This document shows, piece by piece, positions 18,945-32,635 of a DNA stretch of 64,000 bases; positions within the stretch are counted from its first letter, which is position 1, and each line of letters opens with the position of its first letter. The notes under the pieces were generated by a model. It saw nothing but the letters and a program-made list of their open reading frames with translations, searched no databases and had not been told where the DNA came from. The stretch is from Candidatus Heimdallarchaeum endolithica (GTDB lineage: Archaea > Asgardarchaeota > Heimdallarchaeia > Heimdallarchaeales > Heimdallarchaeaceae): positions 2,624,001 to 2,688,000 of the forward strand of contig CP084167.1 in the NCBI GenBank assembly GCA_021513715.1, read 5' to 3'. The translations under genes and the position numbers were made by a program.

Positions 18945-19682
18945 TCAAAATCCTTTGTTAGGACATTCTGATGGTCCTAGAAGTAAAGGTAAAAGTTCAG
19001 TTACTGAATTTAAAGTAGCATCAGGTTCTAGCTTTCTTATCTCTTCTTCAGTATACTTCTTATTCTCTCCTAAAATTGCTATAGTTTTTGTTCCTGCTAT
19101 TTTTCCTGCTTTAATATCTTGGGGAAAATCTCCTATCATTACGCATTGGTTAGGTTTCTTCTTTAATTTCTTTAAAGCGTATAGAAGCCCGTCTGCATGT
19201 GGTTTTATTCGTTTTACTGTATTTCTAGTCACAATTACTTTGAACGATTCTAGAATTTTTAGTTTTTCTTTCGCCTTTTCTACAGTTTTATCTCCCGCAC
19301 TAGTAACTAAAGCTAAATTATACCCTCGTGAACGAAGAGTTTCCAATAATTTTCCCACTCCGTTTATAGGTACTATTTCTCTAAAAGCCATAGTATCTGA
19401 AATTAGCTGTTTTGTAATTCTGAAAGTATCTTTCCAAGATATTCCAAGTTCTTTTCTTGATTTTAAGAAGATCCTAGCTTTTAGTACTTTAGATCTACCT
19501 TCTGATGTTGTTAATGTCTCCATTAGCATTCTTTCAAATACGTTAAATAGTTTCTTTTTATCTAAATTTGGACAAACAGCAAATATTGCTCTAAAGAAAG
19601 GAGCTCTATATCTTGTCCAAAGATCAGTTAAAGTTCCATCCATATCAAACAATAAGGTATCTACTTCATTAAAGGCATTCAT
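18945..19682 (-). CDS. HAD-superfamily phosphatase (Gph-like)
   Basis: FDMDGTL, VTS, KPH and IGD motifs. Confidence 0.9.
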   Translation of the reverse strand: MNAFNEVDTLLFDMDGTLTDLWTRYRAPFFRAIFAVCPNLDKKKLFNVFERMLMETLTTSEGRSKVLKARIFLKSRKELGISWKDTFRITKQLISDTMAFREIVPINGVGKLLETLRSRGYNLALVTSAGDKTVEKAKEKLKILESFKVIVTRNTVKRIKPHADGLLYALKKLKKKPNQCVMIGDFPQDIKAGKIAGTKTIAILGENKKYTEEEIRKLEPDATLNSVTELLPLLLGPSECPNKGF

Positions 19683-19798
19683 ATTGTTTTTTTTTGTGAG
19701 TCATTTAAATTTTTATCTACACTGGTAAAAAAGAAAATTAAATCTGTGCAAGATTATTAAAAAAAGAAATTTTATAAAAAAGAAAAAATGTATTTAGA

Positions 19799-21318
19799 TT
19801 AAATTATTCTTTTTTTGCGAACAGAAATAAGTGTCATTAAGATCATAATAGCTGCTAAGGAGTAACTTAGTGAATAATCTAAAGAAAATGTGTTTAATAA
19901 ATCTGTGTTTGTATCTGTGTTTGTATCTGTGTTTGTATTATTTTCAGTTGGTTCTTCTCCTTCTTCTAAAATTCTTAATTCGTGAATAGATAGTGCTGGT
20001 ATACTTTCGTTGTCATATGTCGCATCAAAATAATTGGGTTCTTCTGATTCATATTGAGCTATATTTGTGAAATATATACTTTCTCCTAGATTGGTTTGGA
20101 AATCTCCTCCTTTAGTATCGCCTGAACTTAAAGGCTTTGAAAACTCTATTTGTCTCATACTCTGGTTATAAATGAAGGTAGCTCGTCCATCAATTGTTCC
20201 TCCAACATCAATGTCGCTAATGGGTCCTCCTTTACTTTGATCAAAGACCATATCTTCATATGATTCTGGTGTTATTACAGCAACATCTGCCCCTTTGTCA
20301 ATTTCAAACATATCTGCTGTTTGACCAAACACAAAAATATTCACATCGCCTTCATCATATTTTTCGTCATATATTTCCAAATAGATATATAGTGTAAATC
20401 CATCAGTAACAAATCGAATTTCTCCATCAAAACGATTATCGTCTTGGATATAGTGGTTTTCCCAATCTACGAAATAAATAGTCACGTGATAATTTATTGC
20501 ACTATTCCAAAAATCTTCGTTTGCAAAACCATCATAAGTAATTTCTACTGAAGAAAGATAAACACACTCATAAACCTGGTCAGAAAGTAACCAATTGATT
20601 TTTCCTCCCATTTCTGGTGTGTGTATAATATCTCCGTTATCAGTACCAAGTGAAAGGCGAATATATTTGAACGTAGAACCATCAGCAATAGACCAGTTGG
20701 GGCCACCAGGAGTAGTTTTGTCAATCCAAGCTATAATAAAAACACCAATTGAGTTTCCATAAGCTAGATTAAAATCAAAACCATTGTTATCATTAGACTG
20801 TAGTTCTTTTTGAAATTCAAAATAAGAACCATCACTAGTCATTTTCATAAATGCATTAACATTATTCTGCCCTCCTCTCTCTACATCATTAAAAGGTTCT
20901 ACGAAAAAAGAATCAAAACCATGATCTTCGACTCTATTATCTGAAGTGTTCATAAAAATTGAATCAATTGTTTCTCCTTGTTCTTCTCTCCCAAAGAACA
21001 TTATCTCTGTTGCATAAACTTGTCCTTCTAGATTAGGAATATAAACAAAACCATAAAGAAATGAGTTGTCATATGCAAAATTTACTTTTGCAGAAACAAC
21101 TATAGGGGGATCGTGGGGTTCTATTGGAAACAAATTTATCTCCACAAGGGAACTATTATCCCATTCTTGAAAGATTCCATCTAACACAATAGTGTCGTTA
21201 TAAGAAGCAATTATTGAGGGGTTATCTATTGTTTTACCATAGAGTAAATTGATTTTTGTAGTTAATCCAATTAGAAGGCAAGGAAAAAAATTATTGAAAA
21301 AATTTTTCTATGCCTCAT
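19799..21318 (-). CDS. Surface protein with two DOMON/CBM9-like domains and C-terminal TM; one-base frameshift in the signal-peptide T7 run
   Basis: Internal duplication (EFQKELQSNDNNGFDF / EFSKPLSSGDTKGGDF). ATG 21318 with a GGTGA SD joins the main ORF (506 aa) if the run at 21284-21290 has one more base. Confidence 0.65.
19901..19936. repeat. 3 x 12-bp tandem repeat (ATCTGTGTTTGT) encoding a TNTD linker
   Basis: Three exact copies, located just before the TM anchor. Confidence 0.9.
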
Positions 21319-21445
21319 TTTATCACCAACTATATTTGCTTAGACAATGTTTTGATAATATGTATTTTTTTTCAAAAAGGTAATTTGTAAAAAGAAAAAA
21401 ACATTCGTTTTTTTGCAATATGGTTGTGTGAAATTGCTATCTAAA

Positions 21446-22603
21446 TTAGTTTTTCTTTTTTTGAGTAATAAGGGTTATGACAACTGTTGCTACGATTAGA
21501 CTTATTCCACCTATAATAAAAGCTGGATATATAGGTTTAGACGGAATTGGTATTTGTTCATCTTCAATTCCCATTAATTTGTTAAGTGCTGCAGTAGCAT
21601 TTACCAGACCATAACCAAAGTATTTATCTTTTCCTTCATCTCCAAGATCAGTTGCTGTTTCACGTAAAATTTTCCTTATTTCTTCGACAGAGATAGTGTT
21701 ATTTAGTGATTTCATTAAAGCTATTATCCCCGCAATTTGAGGTGCAGCAAAAGAAGTCCCCCACCCAAAAACATAACCTTCTGGAGGATAAGTCCCTTTT
21801 ATTCCTGTCCCTTCATCTCCTACAGGAGCTACTAATTCAGTCCACTCTCCATAATTACTATAATCAGCTTTTTCTCGATCATAATTTGTTGCTCCTACTG
21901 CAATTACTTCATCATAAGCTCCAGGATAAGACATTATCTCTTTTCCTCCCCCATATGAAAGCCAAGAGTTGCCAGTTATTGAGACTACTGCAACATTATT
22001 TTCTATAGCATAAACTATATCGTCGTGATAATCTTCACTTTCAGAATAGTATTGTAAGCTTAAATTAATTACATCTGCTCCATTATCTACAGCATATCTT
22101 ATTGCATCACCTAATCCTTCTAACGTAGTTCCTTGATAATTATCTGACTTTAGTACTCGAATATCCATAATAGTTACGTTGGGTGCTACTCCTGCGGTTC
22201 CCTCACCATTGGTTGGAGCTGCAATAATTCCAGCAATAAATGTAGCATGCCAATGAATAGGGTCATCTTCTTCTGGGCCAGGGATGCTGTCATTAGAAAC
22301 AAAATCCCAACCATGTATATCATCAATATAACCATTATTATCATCGTCAATGGAATTGTTCGCTATTTCATCTTCATTAATCCAAGCTACATTCTGTAAC
22401 TCTGGATGAGAAAAATCTATTCCACTATCAATAACGGCAATAGTAATATCTCTCGAACCATTAGTCAGTTTCCAAGCTCCATAAATATTAATTTGATCGA
22501 AATACCAAGGATTTTCACTGGAAATAGCAAAAGTGTCAAAATAATAGCTAAACTGATTTAAAAGGAATAATAGAACAATTCCAATTATAACTTGTCTTTT
22601 CAT
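21446..22603 (-). CDS. Secreted, membrane-anchored subtilisin-family (S8) peptidase
   Basis: AVIDSG, HATFIAG and GTSFAAP catalytic motifs; signal peptide; C-terminal TM. Confidence 0.93.
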   Translation of the reverse strand: MKRQVIIGIVLLFLLNQFSYYFDTFAISSENPWYFDQINIYGAWKLTNGSRDITIAVIDSGIDFSHPELQNVAWINEDEIANNSIDDDNNGYIDDIHGWDFVSNDSIPGPEEDDPIHWHATFIAGIIAAPTNGEGTAGVAPNVTIMDIRVLKSDNYQGTTLEGLGDAIRYAVDNGADVINLSLQYYSESEDYHDDIVYAIENNVAVVSITGNSWLSYGGGKEIMSYPGAYDEVIAVGATNYDREKADYSNYGEWTELVAPVGDEGTGIKGTYPPEGYVFGWGTSFAAPQIAGIIALMKSLNNTISVEEIRKILRETATDLGDEGKDKYFGYGLVNATAALNKLMGIEDEQIPIPSKPIYPAFIIGGISLIVATVVITLITQKKKN

Positions 22604-22694
22604 AATTTATAACTAGATTATGGAAATATATAAGACTATAGTAATAATGAAGGATAAACACTAAAAAACGTTCGTTGAAATAATTTAAGAATAA

Positions 22695-25829
<3,135 letters not shown>

Positions 25830-25865
25830 GATAAATAATAAAAATAACAACAAAATTTTTGTTCT

Positions 25866-26687
25866 ATGAAAGGAAAGAGAGGAAAAAACTTTCGTGTAGT
25901 CCCATTTGAGAAAAATCGGAAAATTATTCTAGATTTACTTGAGCAAGGAAAGAAAAGAAATCATGTGAAAGCTTTAGTTGAAGTTGATGTAACTGATGCT
26001 AGAGAGTTTTTTAAAAAATACAAAGAAATTAAAGGAGAAAAACTTTCTTTTACTGCATGGATTATATATTGTGTAGCTAAAGCAATAGATGAAAATATAG
26101 CAGTAAATGCATATAGAAAGGGAAGAAAAAAAATAGTTATTTTTGATGAAGTTGATGTAGGAACAATTATTGAAAGAGAAATTGATGGAAAAAAAATACC
26201 TAGAAAATATATAATTAGAGAAGCAAATAGAAAGAGTTTGATAGATATTCATAATGAAATAAGGGATGTTCAAAGAAAAGAGATTAGTGGGCCTATACTA
26301 GGAAGTAAAAAGGAAACAAAATTTGTTAACTTTTTTGCTTCTTTGCCTAAGTTTATACGAAAAATTTTCTGGTGGTGGACAAAACAAAAACCTGAATTTA
26401 GAAAGAAAATGTTAGGGACGATTACAGTTTCATCAGTTGGTATGTTTGGAAGAACAGGAGGGTGGGGAATAGTTATCTCTTCTGAAACTATTCATGTTCT
26501 GATAGGCGGAATAGCTAGAAAACTTGGTGTGGTGGGTAATGAAATCTTGATTAGAGAGTACTTAGATCTTACATTAATGGCTGACCACTCAATTATTGAC
26601 GGGGGGCCTATAGCCAAACTTCTTCAACGACTCATTGATTTGATAGAAAACTCATATGGATTAGATGACAATCTGATAAAATCATAA
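25866..26687 (+). CDS. Stand-alone 2-oxoacid dehydrogenase acyltransferase (E2) catalytic-domain protein
   Basis: EVDVT, GTITVSSVG and DHSIIDG motifs; no lipoyl domain. Confidence 0.82.
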   Translation: MKGKRGKNFRVVPFEKNRKIILDLLEQGKKRNHVKALVEVDVTDAREFFKKYKEIKGEKLSFTAWIIYCVAKAIDENIAVNAYRKGRKKIVIFDEVDVGTIIEREIDGKKIPRKYIIREANRKSLIDIHNEIRDVQRKEISGPILGSKKETKFVNFFASLPKFIRKIFWWWTKQKPEFRKKMLGTITVSSVGMFGRTGGWGIVISSETIHVLIGGIARKLGVVGNEILIREYLDLTLMADHSIIDGGPIAKLLQRLIDLIENSYGLDDNLIKS

Positions 26688-26722
26688 ACAAAAACAAAAA
26701 ATGAAAAAGAGAAAAAGAAGAT

Positions 26723-27265
26723 TTATACTTTATCTGTTATGTGGTCAACAATCCTGAAAAGCATTGCAATAGGTGTTAAAGCTCCAAGTATGTAAACAAA
26801 GAAGTTGATAATTATAACAACTATTGGTACAGGGATATATAGGGAACCAATTGATAGACCTATTAAGATAACTAAGAATATGATAAATCCTAAAAGTATT
26901 TTCAAGGATCCACCAAAAGCACCAATGAAACTTACTTTTTTAGAGAATTTTGGTCCTCTTGTGGCAGTGAAAATAAAAGCTGCAAAACCACCAATCATTA
27001 TAAACAAGAATCCTAAGATTATTAGCACAAAACCAATAATACTTGCTACATTTCCAAAAAACGCCGTGGGGTCAAGTAGTACGCTGAAGTCGCCTCCAAA
27101 CAAAGCTAAAAGTGCAGTAAAGTCAAATAAGAAAAATCCTCCTACAACTAAACCAAAACCAATTATATTGTAAACTATTGCTACCAGTATGTAGATAATC
27201 GCTCTTCCATACGATTCAAAAAAATTCGAGATTCCCGACTGTTCTTTATAAACCATTTTTTTCAC
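26723..27265 (-). CDS. Hypothetical multi-pass membrane protein
   Basis: About four hydrophobic helices. Confidence 0.7.
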   Translation of the reverse strand: MKKMVYKEQSGISNFFESYGRAIIYILVAIVYNIIGFGLVVGGFFLFDFTALLALFGGDFSVLLDPTAFFGNVASIIGFVLIILGFLFIMIGGFAAFIFTATRGPKFSKKVSFIGAFGGSLKILLGFIIFLVILIGLSIGSLYIPVPIVVIIINFFVYILGALTPIAMLFRIVDHITDKV

Positions 27266-27338
27266 CTAATATTTTATTTTATGAAGATTTAGTAGAGGAG
27301 ACATATAAATCTTTGCTATCTCGGTGGTAAAAAATCTT

Positions 27339-27770
27339 TTACTGCTTGAAAATAATTGGTGTAATATAGAGCTTTCCTCCGATAACAGCTTTAAAGGAGA
27401 GAATGTCCTCGGAAAAATCTTTTATTTGCCTTGCTTTTCCTTTAAGAAAAATCGTTTCCAAACACAATTCGTGAGTAATATGAGCATGCATAGTTGATAC
27501 GATTATTTCGTCGTTATCATGTTGTATTTGAGTTAGTTTCTCTGAGCTATTAAAAGAATGGTGGTCATATAAATAAGTTAAACTTCCAACAACTTGAACA
27601 TTAGGGTCAACGTTAAGTTCAGATTTAGCTAAATGCTCCCTTACTATAAATCTAATAGCTTCAGACCTATTAGGAAATTTTTTTTCTTTTATCCATTCAT
27701 CAAGATTTGAAAGTAACTCAGGTTCGAAAGACACTCCTGTTCTAGTGACATAGGTCTTTTTTTCTTTCAT
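27339..27770 (-). CDS. nikR: Nickel-responsive regulator NikR
   Basis: RHH motif NRSEAIR; YDHH; HAHITHELCLE. Confidence 0.92.
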   Translation of the reverse strand: MKEKKTYVTRTGVSFEPELLSNLDEWIKEKKFPNRSEAIRFIVREHLAKSELNVDPNVQVVGSLTYLYDHHSFNSSEKLTQIQHDNDEIIVSTMHAHITHELCLETIFLKGKARQIKDFSEDILSFKAVIGGKLYITPIIFKQ

Positions 27771-27894
27771 AATTTTCTAATAGCTTTCAAGATTAAAGAA
27801 TATTTCCTAAATGAACTTTATTTTTTAATTATAAGAGAATAACTTAATTAGAAAATAAAATTCAATTTTTTTGTTATTCTATAAAGATGGTACT

Positions 27895-28913
27895 TGTTTA
27901 CTCAATAGACTTGGGTTACACTTTTGGGTACTAGAGAAACATAGGGGTGATTCATAAATCTTTCTCCTGGGGTGAGGAAGTTAAGAGATTGGTGAGGACG
28001 ACTAAAATTGTAGTAAGAGCGGTAGTAGGAGAGATCTACGTTGCAGTATTTTAGACCTAATCTTTCCATCTCACGGATGATTGTTGGGTCCCATGTAGTC
28101 TTTCTACTTTTCCACATGTTTCGGGGTGAAAAACTCTAGCTCTGATGTGTTTTATTCCTTCTGTTTGACACCAACGGGAGAAGGTACTTGTTCCTCCTCT
28201 AACGGAAGAGAAGAGTGCTCCATTGTCCGTGAGGATAGACTCGGGGTGACCATATTTTTCTATTGCTTCTTCTAGCAAGCTTATTATTTGCTCTTTTTTT
28301 GGTGCAAAAGGGTGGAATTTAGCTCCCAGACAGAATCGTGAGTGGTCGTCTATCAAGGTTATGAGGTGAAGATGTTGTCCCTGTTCTTCTACCCAGAATG
28401 GCCCTTTCACATCTATTTGCCAGAGTTCGTTAGGTTTTTGACGTTCAAAACTCTTGTATCGAGGTCTCTTCCTCTTTTTTCTATTAACCCATAAAGAAAG
28501 ACCTAACTCTTTTATTACTTTCGTCACTGTCGTCTGAGAGAGTGCTTTTCCTTCTCTCTTCAACAAATAAGCTATCTTCTCCACATTCATTCCTTGTTTT
28601 ATTCTTAACTCCCTTATCCTCTCTTTTAACGCCTCATCTACTTTTTTGTGTATAGTTTTTGGTCTGGAAGATCTATCTTTCCACCAACCATTCTCCTTCA
28701 GGGTTCTCTCTGAACCTCTTCAACCACTTATACACAAACTTCCTACTCACCATATACTTGTGAGCTATCTCTTTTATCTTCTCTCCTTCCAAAGCTTTTT
28801 TAACCACAATCTTTCTTAGTTTCTCCAGGTTACGTTCGTTTTTATTCATAATATATCACTTACCCACGTAACCCACTTCTATTTATTTGTTACCAATGTG
28901 AGTTGAGTATACA
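27895..28913 (-). mobile_element. IS481-type insertion sequence, copy C (1019 bp; transposase frameshifted; 16-bp TSD)
   Basis: Same ends as copy B; direct repeat CTATAAAGATGGTACT at 27879-27894 and 28914-28929; a +4 insertion near 28687 and a +5 insertion near 28085 break the ORF. Confidence 0.95.
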
Positions 28914-29101
28914 CTATAAAGATGGTACTGATAAATAATTAATTTTGCTAAATTTTTTTTAAATATAAAAACTTATCTTTTTTAACTATTGTGTGTCCCA
29001 AACTTAATTTTTTTAATAACTTTATTACCTACCACTACTCTTTTATTTTAGTTAAAATGTTTAAAGAAAACTTAATTTAAAATTAATTGGAGGCTTAGAA
29101 A

Positions 29102-29488
29102 ATGGAGCCTGGTGAATACATGATGGATTGGTGGGGTATTCCCTTTGTGGGGTATATGATGATTGGAGTAGTACTTGTGATTGTATTAATTGCGTTTCTG
29201 AAATATTTAGATGCAGAAAAACGTGGGCTGAATGGTTTATTGTGGCTTTTCTTGGTTATTGTACCAATGATAAGTGTAGTATCTATTATAGTCTATCTCA
29301 TAATAAGAATTGATTATCCTGTACAGCAACCAGTTGAACAAAGTTTGTTACACAAAGCACAAGTCTATCACAAAAACCCAACATCAATGCTTACTGCTTT
29401 AGCAAATCTTGATGAACATTATGCTAATAGTGAAATAACTCGTGAAGATTACTATCAGATGAAAAGGGACATTGAGTTATCTCAATAA
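29102..29488 (+). CDS. Small membrane protein with PLDc_N-like TM pair and C-terminal SHOCT-like motif
   Basis: DAEKRGLNGLLW TM motif; LDEHYANSEITREDYYQMK. Confidence 0.7.
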   Translation: MEPGEYMMDWWGIPFVGYMMIGVVLVIVLIAFLKYLDAEKRGLNGLLWLFLVIVPMISVVSIIVYLIIRIDYPVQQPVEQSLLHKAQVYHKNPTSMLTALANLDEHYANSEITREDYYQMKRDIELSQ

Positions 29489-29618
29489 AAATAACATACT
29501 CTTTTTTATTTTTCATTTATAGGAAATATTAATAAGATCAATAAAAAACACAAATTTTTAATGTAAAGTAAAAAATTTTCTGCTTATCATTTCTGTTATT
29601 CTCATTTTTCTGATATTT

Positions 29619-30308
29619 TTAATTTCTTTTTGTTTCTCTTTCAATTATTCCATCTCTCATGTGAATAGTCCGTTTTGCTACTTTTGCAGCAGATAAGTCA
29701 TGAGTAACCATCAAAATAGTTGTACTCTTTTTCTCATTTAATTCCTTTAAAAGTTCTAAAATTTTTTGTCCAGTTTGTGAATCTAGGTTTCCTGTAGCTT
29801 CGTCACACAATAATATTAATGGATCGTTTACTATGCTTCTCATTATTGCTACTCTTTGTCGTTCTCCCGAACTTAATTCTTCAGGAAACTTGTGTTTTAA
29901 GTTGTTTAAATCAAAATCATCAAACAGTTTGTTTACTTTTTTTCTTCTCTCAGAGTAATCTTGATAATCAAAGATAAGTGGGAGTTCTACATTTTCGTAG
30001 GCAGTCAAACCATCAATTAAGTTGAAAAATTGAAAAACAAACCCTATTTTTCTTCTTCTAAACTGTGCTAGCTCATTTGGAGAGAATTTAGTAACATCTT
30101 CTCCGTCAATTATGATAGTTCCTTTGGTTGGGTGTTCTATTGTTCCAAGTAAGTTTAATAATGTCGTTTTTCCACTTCCTGAAGGGCCTACACAAGAAAC
30201 GAACTCCCCTTTATTTATTGAGAAACTTATATCCTTAACTGCAATAACTTCATTTTCTCCAACAATAAATGACTTTTTTAAATGTTCTACTTTTACAATA
30301 GGATTCAT
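29619..30308 (-). CDS. ABC ATP-binding protein, LolD/MacB type (no intact permease adjacent)
   Basis: GPSGSGKT, IGFVFQ, LSSGERQR and CDEATGNLD motifs. Confidence 0.9.
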   Translation of the reverse strand: MNPIVKVEHLKKSFIVGENEVIAVKDISFSINKGEFVSCVGPSGSGKTTLLNLLGTIEHPTKGTIIIDGEDVTKFSPNELAQFRRRKIGFVFQFFNLIDGLTAYENVELPLIFDYQDYSERRKKVNKLFDDFDLNNLKHKFPEELSSGERQRVAIMRSIVNDPLILLCDEATGNLDSQTGQKILELLKELNEKKSTTILMVTHDLSAAKVAKRTIHMRDGIIERETKRN

Positions 30309-30491
30309 TCTTGAGAACTATCTTTAACATACACTAATAAAGTTGTTTAAAACACATTAAAACTGTTTTTCTTGAGAAATTTAACGTTTCTTTAATTTTC
30401 TTCAAACTTTCATTTATTTTATGAGCAAAAGTTAAAAAGCATAGTCTTTTTTCCACTCAGTAAAACAAAAATTATGGAGTGAATAAATAAA

Positions 30492-31094
30492 ATGGCAGAA
30501 TTTCATTTAACAACACCGATTCCTCCAGAAAAACTGGAAGAAATAAAGGTTGGGGATATTGTATATATCACGGGTATTGTTATTACTGCTCGTGATGAAG
30601 CACATCTTAAAGCCTTAGAATTGCATGAAGAAGGTAAAAAACCTCCTGTGGACTTTAAGGGAAATGGACTTTTCCATTGTGGTCCAGTTATGAAGAAGAA
30701 TGAAGATGGCTCATGGACTGTTGTTGCAGCTGGACCTACTACTTCTGCAAGAATGGAGATTTTTCAAGACAAGTTTATTAAGGCTTTTCATCCTGGAATT
30801 ATTATTGGCAAGGGAGGAATGATGGAAAGAACAGCAAAAGCATGCCAAGAAGAAAAATGCATCTACGGTTATTTTACTGGTGGAGCAGCTCTTTTAGCTG
30901 CAGATAGAATAAAAGAAGTTAAAGATGTCTTTTGGCTGGAAGAGTTAGGTATGCCTGAATGTTTATGGGTTTATCAAGTAGAAAACTTTGGCCCCTTAAC
31001 TGTTACAATTGATGTTCATGGTGGAAATCTTACAGAAGATAGCAAGAAAAATATCATGAAAAATAAAGAAAAAATTTTGGAGGAGATGAAATAA
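30492..31094 (+). CDS. Class I fumarate hydratase / tartrate dehydratase beta subunit
   Basis: TARDEAH, AGPTTSARM, GKGGM and LGMPE motifs. Confidence 0.92.
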   Translation: MAEFHLTTPIPPEKLEEIKVGDIVYITGIVITARDEAHLKALELHEEGKKPPVDFKGNGLFHCGPVMKKNEDGSWTVVAAGPTTSARMEIFQDKFIKAFHPGIIIGKGGMMERTAKACQEEKCIYGYFTGGAALLAADRIKEVKDVFWLEELGMPECLWVYQVENFGPLTVTIDVHGGNLTEDSKKNIMKNKEKILEEMK

Positions 31095-31972
31095 TGAAAG
31101 ATATTGCCCAAGTTGTTGAAGATACATCTTTTGAATTACTCAAAGTTGCAGCAACTAAATTACCGAGTGAAGTTAAAGAAACTCTTGTAAAAGGAAAAAA
31201 TGAGACTAAAGGAAGCCTAGGCAAGGCACAAATGAGTGCAATAGTAGAAAATGTTGAACTTGCTGAAACAAATATCAAACCAATGTGCCAAGATACAGGT
31301 CTGGTTGCTTTTTTTGTTAAAATAGGTGATAAATTTCCATTAAGATCAGAAGTTAAAGAGATTCTAAAGAAAGCAACTGAAAGAGCAACAAAAAACGTTC
31401 CCCTTAGACCTAATGCTGTAGATATGTTTGAAGGAAACACAAAAACAAATATAGGGTTAAGAGGATATGTTCCTTGGTTTTATTTTGATCTAGTTGAAGG
31501 TGATAAGCTTGAAATTATAGCTATGCCTAAAGGTGGAGGCAGTAGTAATGTTGGTAAAATGAAGATGATTCCTCCAGGAAAGGGAATAAAAGGAGTAAAA
31601 GAATTTGTTGTAGAAGCTTTAGCTGCTGCAGGACCTCTCGCTTGTCCTCCTTATACAGTGGGAGTAGGTGTAGGTGGAGGAGAAGATATGTGTATGAATC
31701 TAGCGAAAAAAGCTCTTCTTCGTCCTCTTTATCATTATCATGAAGATGAGCGAATTGCAGCTATCGAAAAAGAATTACTTCAAACTCTTAACCAACTAGA
31801 AATTGGTGCTATGGGACTAGGTGAAGGACCATCTGTTCTAGATGTTCATATGGAATTTGCAGCACGTCATCCAGCTAGTTTACCTGTTGGAGTCGTTATT
31901 TCTTGTTGGGCTCTAAGACATGCTGGAGCAACAATTGACAAAGATGGAAATGTTGAGTATCACCCTCATTAG
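31094..31972 (+). CDS. Class I fumarate hydratase / tartrate dehydratase alpha subunit
   Basis: PMCQDTG, PKGGGS, ACPP and SCWALR motifs. Confidence 0.92.
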   Translation: MKDIAQVVEDTSFELLKVAATKLPSEVKETLVKGKNETKGSLGKAQMSAIVENVELAETNIKPMCQDTGLVAFFVKIGDKFPLRSEVKEILKKATERATKNVPLRPNAVDMFEGNTKTNIGLRGYVPWFYFDLVEGDKLEIIAMPKGGGSSNVGKMKMIPPGKGIKGVKEFVVEALAAAGPLACPPYTVGVGVGGGEDMCMNLAKKALLRPLYHYHEDERIAAIEKELLQTLNQLEIGAMGLGEGPSVLDVHMEFAARHPASLPVGVVISCWALRHAGATIDKDGNVEYHPH

Positions 31973-31997
31973 AATATCTTCTTCTTTTTTCTATTTT

Positions 31998-32506
31998 TTA
32001 ATTTGCACAGCAAGACAATTTTTCAACATCTTTATCAAGAGCTAATATTGCCAATTTTATTGCTTCAACCTGCACTAGATAGGGAAAAAACTCTGTTGAA
32101 ATATCTATTAAAGATACTCCATATTTTTTTCCGAAACTAATAATTAATGAGGCTGTTTGAATAATTTCTCCTGCATTAAAACCAATAATATGCGCACCGA
32201 TTAAGTAATCTGTTTCCTTATCTGCTACTAGTTTTACAAATCCTTGAGTATTAAAAGAAGTAAGCGCTTGTGGAACATATTTCATAGGTAAAAGGCTAGT
32301 TTTTACTTTGTATCTATGTTTTCAAATGTTGCTCTTATTGTTTCATCATTAATGATTTTTGAAGTAATAATTTCGGCTTTACCTTCTTCCCATTTGGAAA
32401 CATAAACGTTATTTATACCTTTCAATTTAGATAAAGCCTTTTTTATATGTAATTCGCAAGATTTACAAGACATTCCTTGTATTTCTAATTTGATTTTTTC
32501 TTCCAT
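31998..32506 (-). pseudogene. merA: Internally deleted mercuric reductase: HMA (NmerA) domain plus C-terminal dimerisation domain
   Basis: GMSCKSC HMA domain (32303-32506) is followed directly by the MerA C-terminus ending LSCCAN (31998-32285); FAD/NADPH domains are absent. Confidence 0.78.
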
Positions 32507-32635
32507 TTAATTCGATTGTACAGAGGATTCTTTGTTAATAATAGCAATGGTTTAAATTTTTATGTTTGAGAAGGAGTTGTTTTTTATTTCAGATGAATTA
32601 GAAACGTTTATATCATAATAATCCAAATTTAGCTT

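Noticed and set aside
18955-19728. 257-aa plus-strand ORF and the many other short antisense ORFs in the track
   Set aside because: Shadows of well-supported genes on the opposite strand, with Ser/Phe/Ile-rich antisense composition.
27902-28590. Programmed frameshifting between two transposase ORFs
   Set aside because: Comparison with intact copy B shows simple +4 and +5 insertions.
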